Assembly: GCF_963921235.1 (NCBI RefSeq)
Contig: NC_086118.1
Span: forward strand, 15,812,001-15,876,000
Reading direction: 5' to 3'
DNA: 64,000 nucleotides
DNA from: Mobula hypostoma
Lineage: Eukaryota
Shown: piece after piece, positions 1 through 49,867 of the stretch
Layout of the letters: the number at the start of each line of letters is the position of its first letter
Numbering within the stretch: position 1 is the stretch's first letter
Notes under the pieces: model-generated
The model's input: only the letters and a program-made list of their open reading frames with translations
Databases searched by the model: none
What the model was told of the DNA's origin: nothing
Made by a program: the position numbers and the translations under genes

Positions 1-9
1 TACAAATAT

Positions 10-1078
10 TAAATATTTAAAATAGTAAAAATTAGTAGATATTAAAATTAAAAATTTAAATTATAAATCATAAATAAAAAATAGAAAAATGGAAAGTAAG
101 GTAGTGCAAAAAAACCGAGAGGCGGGTCCGGATATTTGGAGGGTACGGCCCAGATCTGGGTCAGGATGAGTTCAGCAGTCTTATCACAGTTGGAAAGAAG
201 CTGTTCCCAAATATGGCCGTACGAGTCTTCAAGCTTCTGAGCCTTCTCCCGGAGGGAAGAGAGACGAAAAGTGTGTTGGCTGGGTGGGTCATGTCCTTGA
301 TTATCCTGGCAGCACTGCTCGGACAGCGTGCGGTGTAAAGTGAGTACAAGGACGGAAGATTGGTTTGTGTGATGTGCTGCGCTGGGTTCCCGATCTTCTG
401 CAGCTTCTTTTGCTCTTGGCCAGGACAACTTCCATACCGGGTTGTGATGCACCTGAGAAGAATGCTTTCTACAGTGCATCTATAAAAATTAGTGAGGGTT
501 TTAGAGTACAGGCCAAATTTCTTTAGTTTTCTCAGGAAGTGAAGGTGCTGGTGGGCCTTCTTGGCAGTGAACTCTGCTTGGTTGGACCAAGTCAGGTCAT
601 TTGTGATATTGACCCCGAGGAACTTAAAGCTTTTGATCTGTTCCACTTGTACACCACTGATATAAATTGGGCCGTGCGGTCCTCTACTCCTTCTGAAGTC
701 AACAACCAATTCCTTCGTCTTGCTGACGTTGGGGGATAGGTTATCGTCTTTGCACCATGCCACCAGGTTCTTAATTTCCTCTCTGTACTCAAACTCATCA
801 TTACCTGAGATACAGCCTACAATTGTTGTGTCATCAGCAAACTTATATATTGAGTTTAATGGAAACTTGGCTACACAATCATGGGTGTATAGTGAGTACA
901 GCAGGGGGCTGAGTGCACAGCCTTGTGGGGCACCAGTGCTCAGAGTGATTGTAGAGGAGAGCTTGTCCCCTATTTTTACAGCCTGGGTCCTGTCTGTGAG
1001 GAAGTTGAAGATCCAGCTGCAGATCTGAGTGCTAAGGCCCAGGTTCCAGAGCTTAGGAATCAGTTTATTTGGAATGAT
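10..1078 (-). mobile_element. Rex1/Babar-like LINE, 5'-truncated RT C-terminus and 3' UTR
   Basis: ORF 161-763 [23 protein letters not shown]...FKFLGVNIT; upstream [17 protein letters not shown] and FADD motifs. Confidence 0.85.
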
Positions 1079-1844
1079 ATATAAATAAATGCTTATGCTT
1101 CTATTGCTGAACAGTCTCTATTAGTTAATATCTTGATCGATATTCCAGAACTTTACCCATATGCATCTTTGAGTATATTTTTTCTTCATGTTCATTCAAG
1201 TGTCATAAAATTGCGTCAATTTTGACTCGTGTCACCACTCTAATCTCTAAGAGGTTATATATTCATAAGTATTCCACCACAGACTTGACTGCAAAAATCA
1301 GGTTTAAAATGATACTCAAGAGACTGCTGCACTGTTGGGAATGTCTCTTTCTGGATGTAATGTTAAATGGAGATTTTGGCACAAATGATCCCATTGCATT
1401 AGAAGAGGAAAGAATAGTTCTTAGCCAGTTGCCTGTCCAATATTTATTCAACAAAGATTATCTACAAATTAATGGCCGTTTTGATATTGTTGTTTCTGTA
1501 GTTTGACAGACTGCAATGTTTCCCGTATTACAACAGTGACACTTCAACCATACTTTATTGTGTGTAAGGTAAACTAGGATGTCCTGATGATATGGAAGGT
1601 GATATCATTTTTTAAATTCTGATGCCTGCCAATTATTAAATTTGGCTTGGATGAAAATATCTTTGAACACAATGTGCGCAAAACATATGTTTATTTGGCT
1701 TAAGTCTATTGCTTTGAGCTTCTTCTCTGAACTCCCAATCTAAAATCAGGATACGTCCATATCTATTCATTAATTATTTTATTCTAAAATGTACAAACCC
1801 TCTTTCATATTTGATACATTAACCACCTCCACTTATTTATTGAG

Positions 1845-2085
1845 ATATAGAGCAGGCAGGTCTGCCGGCCCTTCGAGCCATGTCACCCAGCAACCGCCAA
1901 TTTAACCTGAGTCTAATCTCAGGAGAATTTACAATGACTAAGTAATCTACCAATTAGTATGTCTTTGGACTGTGGGAGGAAACTGGAGCACAGGGAAAAC
2001 GGACAAATTCCTTATAGACAGTGGCAGAATTGAACCCCTGGTGCTGGTAATGTAAAACTTCGTGCTAACTACTGCACTACCGTGC
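1845..2085 (-). mobile_element. V-SINE/HE1-like tRNA-derived SINE, degraded
   Basis: Core GTCTTTGGACTGTGGGAGGAAACTGGAGCAC and a B-box-like GGGTTCAATTC on the minus strand. Confidence 0.6.
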
Positions 2086-2089
2086 TCTT

Positions 2090-3478
2090 CTCACTCTGTC
2101 ACCAAGACTATGTTCCAAACCTACACTAAGCCTATTACTCCCCAATTTTTCCTATGCTATATCGACGACTGCAATGGGGCTGCTTCCTGCAACCATGGTG
2201 AGCTCGTGGATTTAATCAACTTTGCCTCCAGCTCCACCCTGCCCTCAAATTTACCTGGTCCATTCCAGACACCACCCTCTCCTTTCTTGATCTCTCTGTC
2301 TCTATCTCTGGAGACAGCTTATCCACTGAAATCTTTTACAAATCCACTAATTTTCACAGCTATCAGGACTACACATCTTCCGAGCTGTCACTTGTAAATA
2401 TTCCATCCCTTTCTCTCAGTTCCTCTGTCTCTGCCACACTTGCTCTCAGGATGAGGCTTTTCAATCCTGAACTAATGAGATGCCCTCCTTCTTCAAAGAA
2501 AGGGGTGTTCCTTCCCTCATCATCAAAGCTACCCCTACCCACATCTCTTCCATTTTGCACATGTCTGCCCTCACCCCATCCTTCCAGCACCCAAGGGATA
2601 GGGTTACTAATGTCCTTACCTACCACTCCAGTAGCCTCCGCATCCAGCACATAACTCTCCGTAACTTCTGCCATCTCTAACAGGATCCCACCAGCAAGTA
2701 CATCTTTCGCTCCCTACACGACTCCCTTGTCCATTCATTCCTCCCTTCTGCACTCCCTCCTGTTACTTATCCTTGCAAGTGGAATAAGTGCTACACTTGC
2801 CCCTACATCTCCTTCTTCACTAGCATTCAGGGTCTCAAACAGTCCTTCCAGGTGAGGTGACACTTCACCTGTGAATCTGTTGGGGCCATACACTGTGTCC
2901 GGTGCTCCTGGTGTGGCCTCCTGGTCTGCCAGAAAAAGCAGGACCTCCCGATGGCCACCGATTTTAATTCTGCTTCCCATTCCTGTTCTGACATGTCAGC
3001 CCGTGAGGCCTCCTCTACTGCCCACAATCAGATTGAAGGAGCAACACCTTATATTCCATCAGGGAAGCCTCCAACCTGGTGGCATGAGCATCAATTTCTT
3101 GAACTTTTGGTAATTGTCCCCCTCTTCATCATTCTCATTCCTGTTCCCCTCTCTCACCTTATCTCCTTGCCTGCCCATTACCTCCCCCGGTATTCCTCCG
3201 AATTCCATTTCTTCCATGGTCTCCTACCCTCTCCTATGATTCCTCCTTCTCCAGCCTTTTATCTCTTACACCTATCAATTTCCCAGCACTTTACCTCCCT
3301 CTCACCACCTTTCCTGGTCTCTCCTATCACCTACCACCTTGTACTTTTTCCTCCCTTCCCTCCCACCTTTATGCTTTAACTTCTTGTCTTTTTCTCCCCC
3401 ACTGATGAAGGGGCTCAGCCCAAAATGTCATCTACTTACTCTTCTCCATAGATGCTGCCTGGCCAGCTGAGTTCCAAC
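2090..3478 (+). mobile_element. Penelope-like element, degraded (RT C-terminus, GIY-YIG, 3' end with HHR remnant)
   Basis: YIDD motif; FTCESVG..CVRC..CGLL GIY-YIG region; RLKEQHLIF; pyrimidine-rich tail; CTGATGA at 3402. Confidence 0.85.
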
Positions 3479-4909
3479 CCAAGTTATTAGCCCTAACCAA
3501 GGACGTAATGTGAGATCCCCTGTACTTTTCATTACTTCAGAAAGAATAGAACTAGAGCTCCATGCATGCAGATTTCTATAGATAAATGCAAGTACCAGAG
3601 GTTGCTGATGAGCTGTCCATTGCTTCATAAAAATACAGAGAGATTTACTTTTATTATACATAAGGATAATAAATCTGCTGCATTTACCTTTTATAATGCC
3701 ACCAAACACATTAGAAACTGTATGGGTCTACAGCTATTTATCAGTAAATATTTAACACTGTGATGCATTTAAACTATCAACCAGCCTGTCTGAATTTGAA
3801 AAAGTTAATAATAGTATAGCCTTCCTTCATATTTTAATTACAGTCAAAGGTAGACTTAGTTAGCTTTTTGCATTCCTTGTTTCATGACTCTGTGCTTTTC
3901 TTTGTCATTTAATTTTGCTTTATTGCCCCAAAATGTGCATGAGAACAAATATTATTATTTAGATTTATGAAAAAAACAAAATTTTTGTTCTGCACAACTC
4001 ATTAAGGATTTTAAAATTTGATTGGTTGAGGAACAGGCTGAAACATCTTTCACATGCACTACAGACCCCAGTAGAGGTACTACAAAGAGGATGACATACA
4101 GTAACCATTACTTGCCAGTCAATATCCACAAGTATCTGTGGTTAGTGTCAAGTAACAGCAAAATCTAGCTCTACATGATCTAGTACACATAGCCAGAAAA
4201 TTTACCAAAGCCAAATCACGTATAATATTCAAAAAAAAGTTGGATAAATACTTGAAAGGGATGAAACTGCATGGTATTAGGGAAACAGCAAGTGATCAGA
4301 ACTAATTTGATAACTTTAAAAAAAGTGATACAGGAAATATGTGGAGATGACTTCCATCTGTGCTCTAAACAACTACATAATTCTATAATGTTTCCAATAC
4401 AGTCTTCAAGTTAAGATAGTCCTTATAAATAATATTCTTACATTCATTCTTATGCTTGAATGTGGTCAGTTGGCCTAGGTTGTGGGGTGCAAGGTCAGTG
4501 AGAATATTTAAGCATCTGGAGGTCACATTCAAGCTAACAATTTACCGTTTTAACACAAAGAATATTATTTGGTACACTGCAGCTGCACTGCGGAGAGGGT
4601 ATAGCAGTATTGGCTGCGCTCTCCAACATTCACCTGATGATTTTAATGACCTTCCTACTGCAGACAAATTATACTCTTTAGTGTGTAATTTGAAATCTCC
4701 ATGGGCATCTGTCTCGACCACTGGATAAATAATTGAAACACTGCAGCTTTTTTAAGTTTAAGAACAAATAATTAAGAACACAGTTGAGAATAACTGTAAT
4801 TGTTCGTATCATTTAAATAGCTAATGGCACATTTATTGATTTTCTCTCAAATGATTTCTCATTCCAAACAAAATTAGGACATGACAAACCACAGCAGGTT
4901 AATACTATC

Positions 4910-4915
4910 TTTATT
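4910..4915 (-). terminator. MYH polyadenylation signal AATAAA
   Basis: AATAAA ~100 nt after the stop, followed by a GT-rich downstream element (GTGGTTTGTCATGT). Confidence 0.8.
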
Positions 4916-5014
4916 GGTAATGCATTACTAACAAGTCCAACTTAATATACAAAAATAAGTCACAAAGAAATGCACATTTTGTGAATTTCTTCGGTGAACT
5001 CTTCAAGCTTGTAA

Positions 5015-41227
<36,213 letters not shown>

Positions 41228-41939
41228 GATTGCAACTTACTGCAAAAAACGAACAGTGTAAATGTAGTTGTTTATAATGTTTATTAAAAGTGTTTACTCG
41301 TGAATTTCAACCTGATATGAATCAATGAAGTATAAAAGTCTGCTCTCGCATTTGTCCTTATTGCGGTAGCAAAAGAATGCAGCGTTCAGCCGCAGCTACG
41401 CATATGCTAACCCCCGTATTAACAGAGCTGACTGACGCTTTATCGTTCTTTGGCCTCCATGTTTGCAATTCTGACACAGATGCGGTAAAGGAGAATGTTC
41501 CAAGTGAAATGTATGCAGGTGGAGTTAGTTTGCTAACCTGTCTGCCAATTCTAATAAATCGCAAAGAGTGCATTATGTCCAGTGCAACCCCCTTCATACG
41601 AGGTAAAGGACAAGGGACTGCAGATGTCAGTGTATGGAAAAAACAAAATAATGCTAGAAACGCGAGCAAGTCAGGCAACATATTTGGAAGGAGAAAGGAA
41701 GTTAACGCTTCATGTCGAGTAATTTCCTCAAATTCAGATGAAGAGTCTCCAACCAGAAACATTATATCCTTTTCCCTTCCCAGTATGTGGCCCGACCTTG
41801 TTGTGGTTCCCTGATTTTCTACCTTAATTTTAGACTTCCCATATCGTCAGATTTATTTCGATTTTCAATCACGTGAAGCAAAAGCTACGTTTTTGAGGTA
41901 GCCTGAACCCACACTATAGACTTGAATGATTATTAAGTT

Positions 41940-43025
41940 AAGATAGACAAAAGGAGAATAGGTGGATGTTGTGTACTCGGATTTTCAAAAGGCCTTTGAC
42001 AAGGTGCCAAACATGAGGCTGCATAACAAGTTAAGAGCCCGTACATGGTATTACAGGAAAGGTACTAGCATGGATAGGCGGAGAGTGGTAATAACGGGAG
42101 CCTTTTCTTATTGACTTCTGGAAACTAGTGATGTTCCACAGGGGTCCAGTTCTCTTTACGTTATATGTCAATGATTTGTGGACCATACAAAGATAGATTG
42201 AGGGGCAGGTGGTGTTGAGGAAGCCGGTAGTCTGCAGAAGGACTTGGATTGGGAGAATGGGCAAAGCAGTGGCAGATAGAATACAGTGTTGGGAAGTGTA
42301 TGGTCATACACGCAGTAGAAGGACTAGAAACTTAGACTATTTTCTAAATGGAAAGTAAATTCAAAAATCTGAGGTGCAAAGGGACTTGCAAGGCCTGGTG
42401 TAGGTTTCCCTGAAGATTAATTTGCAGGTTGAGTCAGTGGTGAGGAAGGCAATGTTAGAGTTCATTTCGAGAGGACTAGAATATAAAAACAAAGACGTAA
42501 TGTTGAGGCTTTATGAGACACTGGTGAGCCTCACCTGGAGTATCTATACTATACACTTGGAGTATCGTGAGCAGTTAGGGTCCCTTATCTAAGAATGGAT
42601 GTATTGACATTGGAGAAGGTTCAAAAGTGGTTCAGGAAAATGAAGGTGAAGATGAAAAGCTTATCATATGAGGAGCCTATACTCTGTGGAATTCAGAAGA
42701 ATGAGGTGGAATCTCATTGAAACCTATCGAATGGTGAAAGGCTTCAACAGAGTGGATGTGGAGAGGATGTTTCTTATAGTGGGGGAGTCCAGGCCAGATG
42801 ACACAGCCTCAGAATAGAGGGGCATCGATATCAAATGGAAATGATGGGGAATTTCTTTAGCCAGAGTGGTGAGTCTGCGGAATTCGTTGCCACAGTCGAC
42901 TATGGAGGCCAGGACACTGGAGATTGGGCTGAGAGATTGAAGCTGAGAGGGAAATGGATTAGCATGATAGAGCAGACTCAATGGGCCAAAGGACCAAATT
43001 CTGCTGCTACATCTTATGGTTAATG
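41940..43025 (+). mobile_element. Degraded CR1 LINE in MYH intron 2
   Basis: DVVYSDFQKAFDKVP, TSDVPQG and a CR1 tail TCTTATGG. Confidence 0.8.
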
Positions 43026-43762
43026 TCTTGATTTAAGGGACCAGCAAAGCTGAATGGAGGTCTGGATTTCAGATATTCTAATACGATAAGTGAAGACAAA
43101 GCATTTTGTCTTTTTTTCCTGCAGTTGCTCTAATCTCATTAACATAAACAGAGCCAACATTCTCATGTCTAGATTGAAGTTATATGACTCAATATACTAA
43201 GATATATACTAAGATATATACTGCATATACTAAGATAGATTAGCAGCTGACTCAATAGATTGCTTATAAAGCCATTGGGCCATACAGCGTGGAAACAAGC
43301 CCTTCGGCCCAACTAGTTCATGACGACCAAGATCCCCAACTGAGTTGTTCCCATTTGCTCGCGTTTGCTTCAAATCCCTCTTTTTTTTCCCGTCCACGTG
43401 CCGGTCAATTTTTTTGAACAATTGTCCGATTGCGCTTGACATGGCAAGACATCTGCTAATAATGTTTCGCGAAGGCTTTGCAATACCAACTATATTGCAT
43501 CGTGTATCCCTGCACCATGATTCATGCTGTATATTCGAGTTCGGACGCCAATCACGGCGGTGCATTTTTATTAGCGTTGGGGGTCAACGACGGCACCTAA
43601 GAATGCTTCTCCAACTTACAAAGGGAATCGAACAGCTTGAATATTTTCAGCTATTCTGGGAAACTATCCATATGTATATGAAAATCTTGGTGGTTTTGGA
43701 TAATCTTATATGGTCAGTCAATGCGAATAATTTTGTGAAGGTTCTTTTTCGCAAAATATTTT

Positions 43763-43763
<1 letters not shown>

Positions 43764-43818
<55 letters not shown>
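43764..43818. repeat. (GT)n microsatellite, ~27 units
   Basis: Perfect GT run. Confidence 0.97.
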
Positions 43819-43821
<3 letters not shown>

Positions 43822-43966
43822 TTTAAAGTACCAATTTATAGACCTGGAATATCATCAATAAGAGCCTGCTTTTAAAAATGCTTTGGTTTATATTAAAAGC
43901 GTCTTTTCGTTTTGAAACAAACAAGATTTACTTAAACATCTCATGCATAGACGGTGTAATAATTAC

Positions 43967-44017
43967 CTTGTTCCGTACAAATAACCGGATATAGTGAATC
44001 CTATAAAGCGCCAGAAG
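43967..44017 (-). other. Putative MYH 5' UTR exon 2
   Basis: Branch-like CTTAC plus polypyrimidine tract TTTCTTTAATTACAG acceptor, and AAG|GTAATT donor; an alternative AG would start the exon at 44000. Confidence 0.55.
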
Positions 44018-44665
44018 CTGTAATTAAAGAAAGGGCAGTAAGTTTCATTAACCAAATTTCGCGAATCATAGCTGCTGAAATTAATCCCTTTCGCGCTCTG
44101 ATCAGCTGCCGCGAAATCTTTGGAGCTATGATGTGATCCCTAATTAATGTGTGTTGGACCGCAGACAACACCCCACCCTCCATAACTTTGATCACGATGT
44201 TTAAACGGTTGCCTTTACAATTTCTAACAACTACTGAGCGATATCACGGTAGTCCGCGTTTTAGCAACTGACTTCACTTTTGTCCAGGTCGAACAGTGAG
44301 ATTGACCATATCAGTGATTTTATTCAGTGCCATCGCTAACGCAGGTAACTTGCACCTTAGCTATCCCTCGATATGTTCGTTAGTGTTTTAACCTTACCCG
44401 TGAAGCAAGACATCTCAAGGGAGAAATGAATGGAACCAGTGAAATGTGAGGCACTGCGTAAATCATCTCGGAAATTTTCAGGGTGAAAATATAGTCTTGC
44501 TTTTTTCAGTCAAAGGGAGATGGGGATTGGGGATCTCATACACAACAAGGGTATGTTATTTCGGTATAAGATAGCTCCCGCAGCAGCATTAGTAATTTTG
44601 ATGTTTATATCACGTAACCATGTTCATTCTATTAGGCATAGAGTGAATGGACCTTTAGAACCTAC

Positions 44666-44692
44666 CTTGCCGAGCGCTCACTGGAGGATGTC
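44666..44692 (-). other. Putative MYH 5' UTR exon 1
   Basis: AAG|GTAGGT donor; the start is inferred ~25-30 nt downstream of the TATA-like TTTTAAAAG. Confidence 0.55.
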
Positions 44693-44712
44693 TCGGGCAG
44701 CCGCTACACTCC

Positions 44713-44840
44713 CTTTTAAAAGAACAATGTCGGCTGCCGAACAGCTGTCTTCTCCACATATGGAAATACAATTGGACCGATTTATCGACCTGGAGAGGTT
44801 GTCAACTATCATTTTCACGGGGATGCGCTATAATTAGTAT
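44713..44840 (-). promoter_or_regulatory. Putative MYH proximal muscle promoter
   Basis: TATA-like TTTTAAAA 44714-44721, E-box CAGCTG 44742-44747, CArG-like CCACATATGG 44754-44763 (one mismatch), CCAAT 44771-44775, MEF2 consensus CTATAATTAG 44828-44837. Confidence 0.65.
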
Positions 44841-45339
44841 AAATGTGTGATTGTATGTAACTCGTGGCCACGCCATAGAAATCCCTGCCATAAAAGAAAA
44901 GATTAATGCCCTCCACAGAGTCAATCATACAAAACCGTGAATGATGCTTGCACGAACTGAGATATCTGAAACATTTCATTCTGAATGAACTTGCATAACG
45001 GTATAATTGCATATGTAATTTAGTTATATGAATAGTTAAAGTAAATTTAGTTCTTCAAGTTGCGCATGATACAGTCATACCTATAAAATCAACTTCGATT
45101 TAGTGGATCAGGAAGCTCCCTGACACCAACACTGAGCTGAACTGAATATCCTGGACTCCTTTAAATTTTATGTTTTATATTCTATTTTTTGCTCGTTTAT
45201 TTTTTTGCCGTTTGAGTGATTTGTCTTTTTTTAGCTGGAGAGGGGTGGTGTTGATATTTTTCTTTGAACGGGCTCCATGTTGTTTTTCTTTGTTTTTTGG
45301 CTGTCTGTGGGGAAGACGAACCTCGGGGTTATATACTGC

Positions 45340-48300
45340 AAAAGTCAGGAGACGGGTAGGTGGGTGACTGTCAGGGGAGGGAAGGGGAATAGACAGAATG
45401 AGCAGAGCACCCCTGTGGCCATTCCCATCAATAATAAGTATACCGTTTTGGGGACGACCTACCAGGGTCAAGTTGCAGTGGTTGCGTCTCTGGCACTGAG
45501 ACTGGACCCTCAGCTCAGAAGAGAAGGAGGGAAGAGAGGAGAGCAGTAATGATAGGGGATTCGATAGTTAGGGGGACAGATAAGAGGTTCTGTGGGAGAA
45601 ATCGAGAATCCCGGATGGTCTGTTGCCTTCCTAGTGCCTGGTCCGTGATAACTCGGATCGAGTTTTCAGTATTCTCAAGAGGGAGGATGAGCAGCCAGAT
45701 GTCGTGGTCTATGTAGGAACCAATGACGTGGATAGGAAGAAGGAGGAGGTCCTGCAAAGAGAGTTTGGGGAGTTGGGTGCAAGTTGAAGGACAGGATCTC
45801 CAGGGTTGCAATCTCAGGATTGCTACCAATGCCACGTGCTAGTGAGGCTAGAAATAGGAAGATAATGCAGCTAAATATGTGGCTAAGGAGTTGGTGCAGG
45901 AGGGAGGGCTTCATGTTTCTGGACAATTGGGCCTTGTTCCAGGGAAGGTGAGACATGTTCCAACAGGACGGGTTGCACCTGATCTGGAGCAGGACTAACA
46001 TCCTTGCGGGAAGGTTTGCTAGTACTGCTCCGGGGAGGTTTAAACTAGATTTGCATGGGGAGGGGAACCAGAGTGTTAGAGCAGATGGAGGAGGATAAAG
46101 GTCATGTGAAATCTGCAAGTATAAAACCAGTTCTAACATATAAAAAGGCCTTGAGGAAAGAGAAGCAGAATAAAGGGTGTAAAGGTAGTAAGGTAGAAGG
46201 GCTAAAGTGCATGTACTTCAATGCAAGAAGCATCAGGAACAAAGGTGGTGAACTGAGAGCTTGGATACATACATGGAATTATGATGTAGTGGCCATTACA
46301 GAGACTTGGCTGGCGCCAGGGCAGGAATGGATTCTCAATATTCCTGGATTTCAGTCCTTTAAAAGGGATAGAGAGGGTGGAAAAAGGGAGGAGGGGTGGC
46401 ATTACTGGTCAGGGATACTATTACAGCTACAGAAAGGGTGGGTAATGTAGCAGGATCCTCTTTTGAGTCAATATGGGTGGAAATCAGGAACAGGAAGGGA
46501 GAAGTTACACTATTGGGGGTATTCTATAGGCCCCCTTCTAGCAGTAAAGATACCGAGGAGCAGATTGGGAGGCAGATTTTGGAAAGGTGCAAAAATAACA
46601 GGGTTGTTATCATGGGTGACTTTGCCTTCCCTAATATTAATTGCCACCTGATTAGTTCCAATGGTTTAGATGGGCAGAGTTTATGAAGTGTGTCCAGGAT
46701 GGATTGCTGTCATGGTATGTGGACAGGCCAACTAGGGGGAATGCCATACTAGGTCTAGTATTAGGTCAGGTCAGGTCACAGATCTCTCAGTGGGTGAGCA
46801 TCTTGGGGACAGTGACCACAGCTCCCTGGCCTTTAGCATTATCATGCAAAAGGATAGAATCAGAGAGGACAGGAAAATTTTTATTTGAGGAAGGGCAAAT
46901 TATGAGGCTATAAGGCGAGAACTTGCGGGTGTGAATTGGGATAATGTTTTTGCAGGGAAATGTACCATGGACATGTGGTTGATGTTTAGTGATCTCTTGC
47001 AGGAAGTTAAAGAGGGGTGGGGTGAAGGAACTATGGGTGACAAGTGAGGTGAAAAATCTAGTCAGGTGGAAGAAGGCTGCATACATGAGATTTAGGAAGC
47101 AAGGATCTGATGGGTCTATTGAGGAATACAGGGTAGCAAGAAAGGAGCTTAAGAAGGGGCTGAGGAGAGCAAGAAGGGGGCATGAGAAGGCCTTGGTGAG
47201 TAGGGTAAAGGAAAACCCCAAGGCATTCTTCAATTACAAAAGGATGACAGGAGTGAAGGTAGGACCAATTAGAGATAAAGGTGGGAAGATGTGCCTGGAG
47301 GCTGTGGAAGTGAGCGAGGTCCTCAATGAATACTTCTCATCGGTATTCACCAATGAGAGGGAACTTGATGACGTTGCGGACAATAAGAGTGAGGTTGATG
47401 TTCTGGAGCATGTTGATATTAAGGGAGAGGACGTGTTGGGGTTGTTAAAATACTTAAGGACAGATAAGTCCTCGGGGCCTGACGGAATATTCCCCAGGCT
47501 GATCCACGAGGTGAGGGAAGAGATTGCTGAGCCTCTGGCTAGGATCTTTATGTCCTCGTTGTCCATGGGAATAGTACCGGAAGATTGGAGGGAGGCGAAT
47601 GTTGTTCCCTTGTTCAAAAAAGGTAGTAGGGATAGTCCGGGTAATTATAGACCAGTGAACCTTATGTCTGTGGTGGGAAAGCTGTTGGAAAAGATTCTTA
47701 GAGATAGGATCTATGGGCATTTACAGAATCATGGTCTGATCAGGGACAGTCAGGATGGCTTTGTGAAGGGCAGATCTTATCTAACAAGCCTGATAGAGTT
47801 CCTTGAGGAGATGACCAGGCATATAGATGAGGGTAGTGCAGTGGATGTGATCTACATGGATTTTAGTAAGGCATTTGACAAGGTTCCACATGGTAGGCTT
47901 ATTCAGAAAGTCAGAAGGCATGGGATCCAGGGAAATTTGACCAGGTGAATTCAGAATTGGCTTGCCTGCAGAAAACAGAGGGTCATGGTGGAGGGAGTAC
48001 ATTTGGATTGGAGGGTTTTGACTAGTGGTGTCCCACAAGGATCTGTTCTGGGACCTCTACTTTTCGTGATTTTTATTAATGACCTGGATGTGGGGATAGA
48101 AGGGTGCGTTGGCAAGTGTGCAGATGACACAAAGGTTAGTGGTGTTGTGGATAGTGTAGAGGATTGTCGAAGATTGCAGAGAGACATTGTAGGATACAGA
48201 AGTGGGCTGAGAAGTGGCAGATGGAGTTCAACCCGGAGAAGTGTGAGGTGGTACACTTTGGAAGGACAAACTCCAAGGCAGAGTACAAAGTAAATGGCAG

Positions 48301-48996
48301 GATACTTGGTAGTGTGGAGGAGCAGGGGGATCTGGGGTTACATGTCCACAGATTCCTGAAAGTTGCCTCACAGGTAGATAGGGTAGTTAAGAAAGCTTAT
48401 GGGGTGTCAGCTTTCATAAGTCGATGGAAAGAGTTTAAGAGTTGCGAGGTAATGATGCAGCTGTATAAAACTCTGGTTGGGCCACAACTGGAGTACTGTG
48501 TCCAGTTCTGGTCGCCTCACTATAGGAAGGATGTGGAAGCATTGGAAAGGGTACAGAGGAGATTTACCAGGATGCTGCCTGGTTTAGAGAGTATGCATTA
48601 TGATTACAGATTAAGGGAGCTAGGGCTTTACTCTTTGGAGAGAAGGAGGATGAGAGGAGACATGATAGAGGTATACAAGGTATTAGGAGGAATAGATAGA
48701 GTGGACAGCCAGCACCTCTTCCCCAGGGCACCACTGCTCCATACAAGAGGACATGGCTTTAAGGTAAGGGGTAGGAAGTTCAAAGGGGATATTAGAGGAA
48801 GGTTTTTTACTCAGAGAGTGGTTGGTGCATGGAATGCACTGCCTGAGTCAGTGGTAGAGGCAGATACACTGGTAAAATTTAAGAGACTACTAGAGGAATT
48901 TAAGGTGGGGGGGTTATATGGGAGGCAGGGTTTAAGTGTTGGCACAACATTGTGGGCCAAAGGGCCTGTACTGTGCTGTACTGTTCTATGTTCTAT
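45340..48996 (+). mobile_element. Near full-length CR1 LINE (SGNH-esterase ORF1; APE-RT ORF2), disrupted
   Basis: ORF1 VIGDSIVRG and VGTND; APE YFNARSI..ITETW, GVFYRPP, MGDF; RT GPDGI.PR, NYRPV, DFSKAFD, SGVPQGSVLGP, ADD; (TTCTATG)n tail. Confidence 0.93.
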
Positions 48997-49826
48997 ATTC
49001 ATGTTTTGTTGATAAATGTACTTTGAATCTTTGAAGATGTCAAGAAAGAGGATTAGCAGTCAAAATTCCAGAGTGTCTGTTGTCAATGTGAATTTTTGGT
49101 TTCAAGTAACTTTACTCTTATACCTTGCTAATGTTTCGATTTAGAAACACAACACTACTTTCGTCTTTGTTTTGGATTATTTGCAAAATTATTTGAATTC
49201 TAGACGTGTTTAAGTTTGGTTGCAAATTGCTTTTCACTTTTAGATTTGTAACAGATTTTGCAGTTTATTGCAAAAGTACTGAAATGCTCAGTAGGGCAAA
49301 AAAAATGTTTCATAAGGCGTAGGAGCAGTAGTAAGCAATTCGACCCATCAAATCCACTCAGCCATTTCAATTTTACCGACATAATTTGCTTTTAAATGTA
49401 AGAGCGCGCGTGAGTACCACACAGACTCGTTGAAGGATTTTGGATGTGTCCATTGCAAATTCTATTCATACCATTCACCAGGACTAACACTGAACCACTG
49501 AGATACTAGAACCAGTTTAAAGCAAGAACCAGTGCCTGCATCTCATTCAGTACCTCAGAGAAGAAAACAAAAAGTCATTATTTGGACAAAGTTTTCCATT
49601 AGGAAGCGAAGTCTAAAGATTAGGCGACAGCGGAAACCAGCTTTAACATCCATGTGGAAGCAGGTTTCTATAGTTGTCCTACGGCATCAATTTCATTTGC
49701 AACTTGAAAGACAAAGTAAGTAGCGGGATACCCGTTTCAGGCTTCGGGCTGCTCGCTTTCCCACAGACTGCCTTCTAGTCCCGATTATTTCTGCCATACT
49801 GAATTGCTACTCTTTTCGTCTGTACG

Positions 49827-49867
49827 ATTGGCTGTGACGTCACTCAGGTGGGGTAAGTCTATAAAAG
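49827..49867 (+). promoter_or_regulatory. Orphan Pol II core promoter (inverted CCAAT, palindromic CRE, TATA)
   Basis: ATTGG 49827-49831, TGACGTCA 49835-49842, TATAAAAG 49860-49867, in unique CpG-retaining sequence. Confidence 0.55.

Noticed and set aside
3804..3813. MEF2-like site TTAATAATAG downstream of the gene
   Set aside because: A single AT-rich match is expected by chance in this composition; no supporting motif cluster.
41358..41814. Overlapping 134/145-aa ORFs in intron 2
   Set aside because: No recognisable domain; partly derived from a degenerate Penelope tail; likely chance ORFs.
43345..43875. 176-aa ORF with CV repeat
   Set aside because: Read-through of the (GT)n microsatellite.
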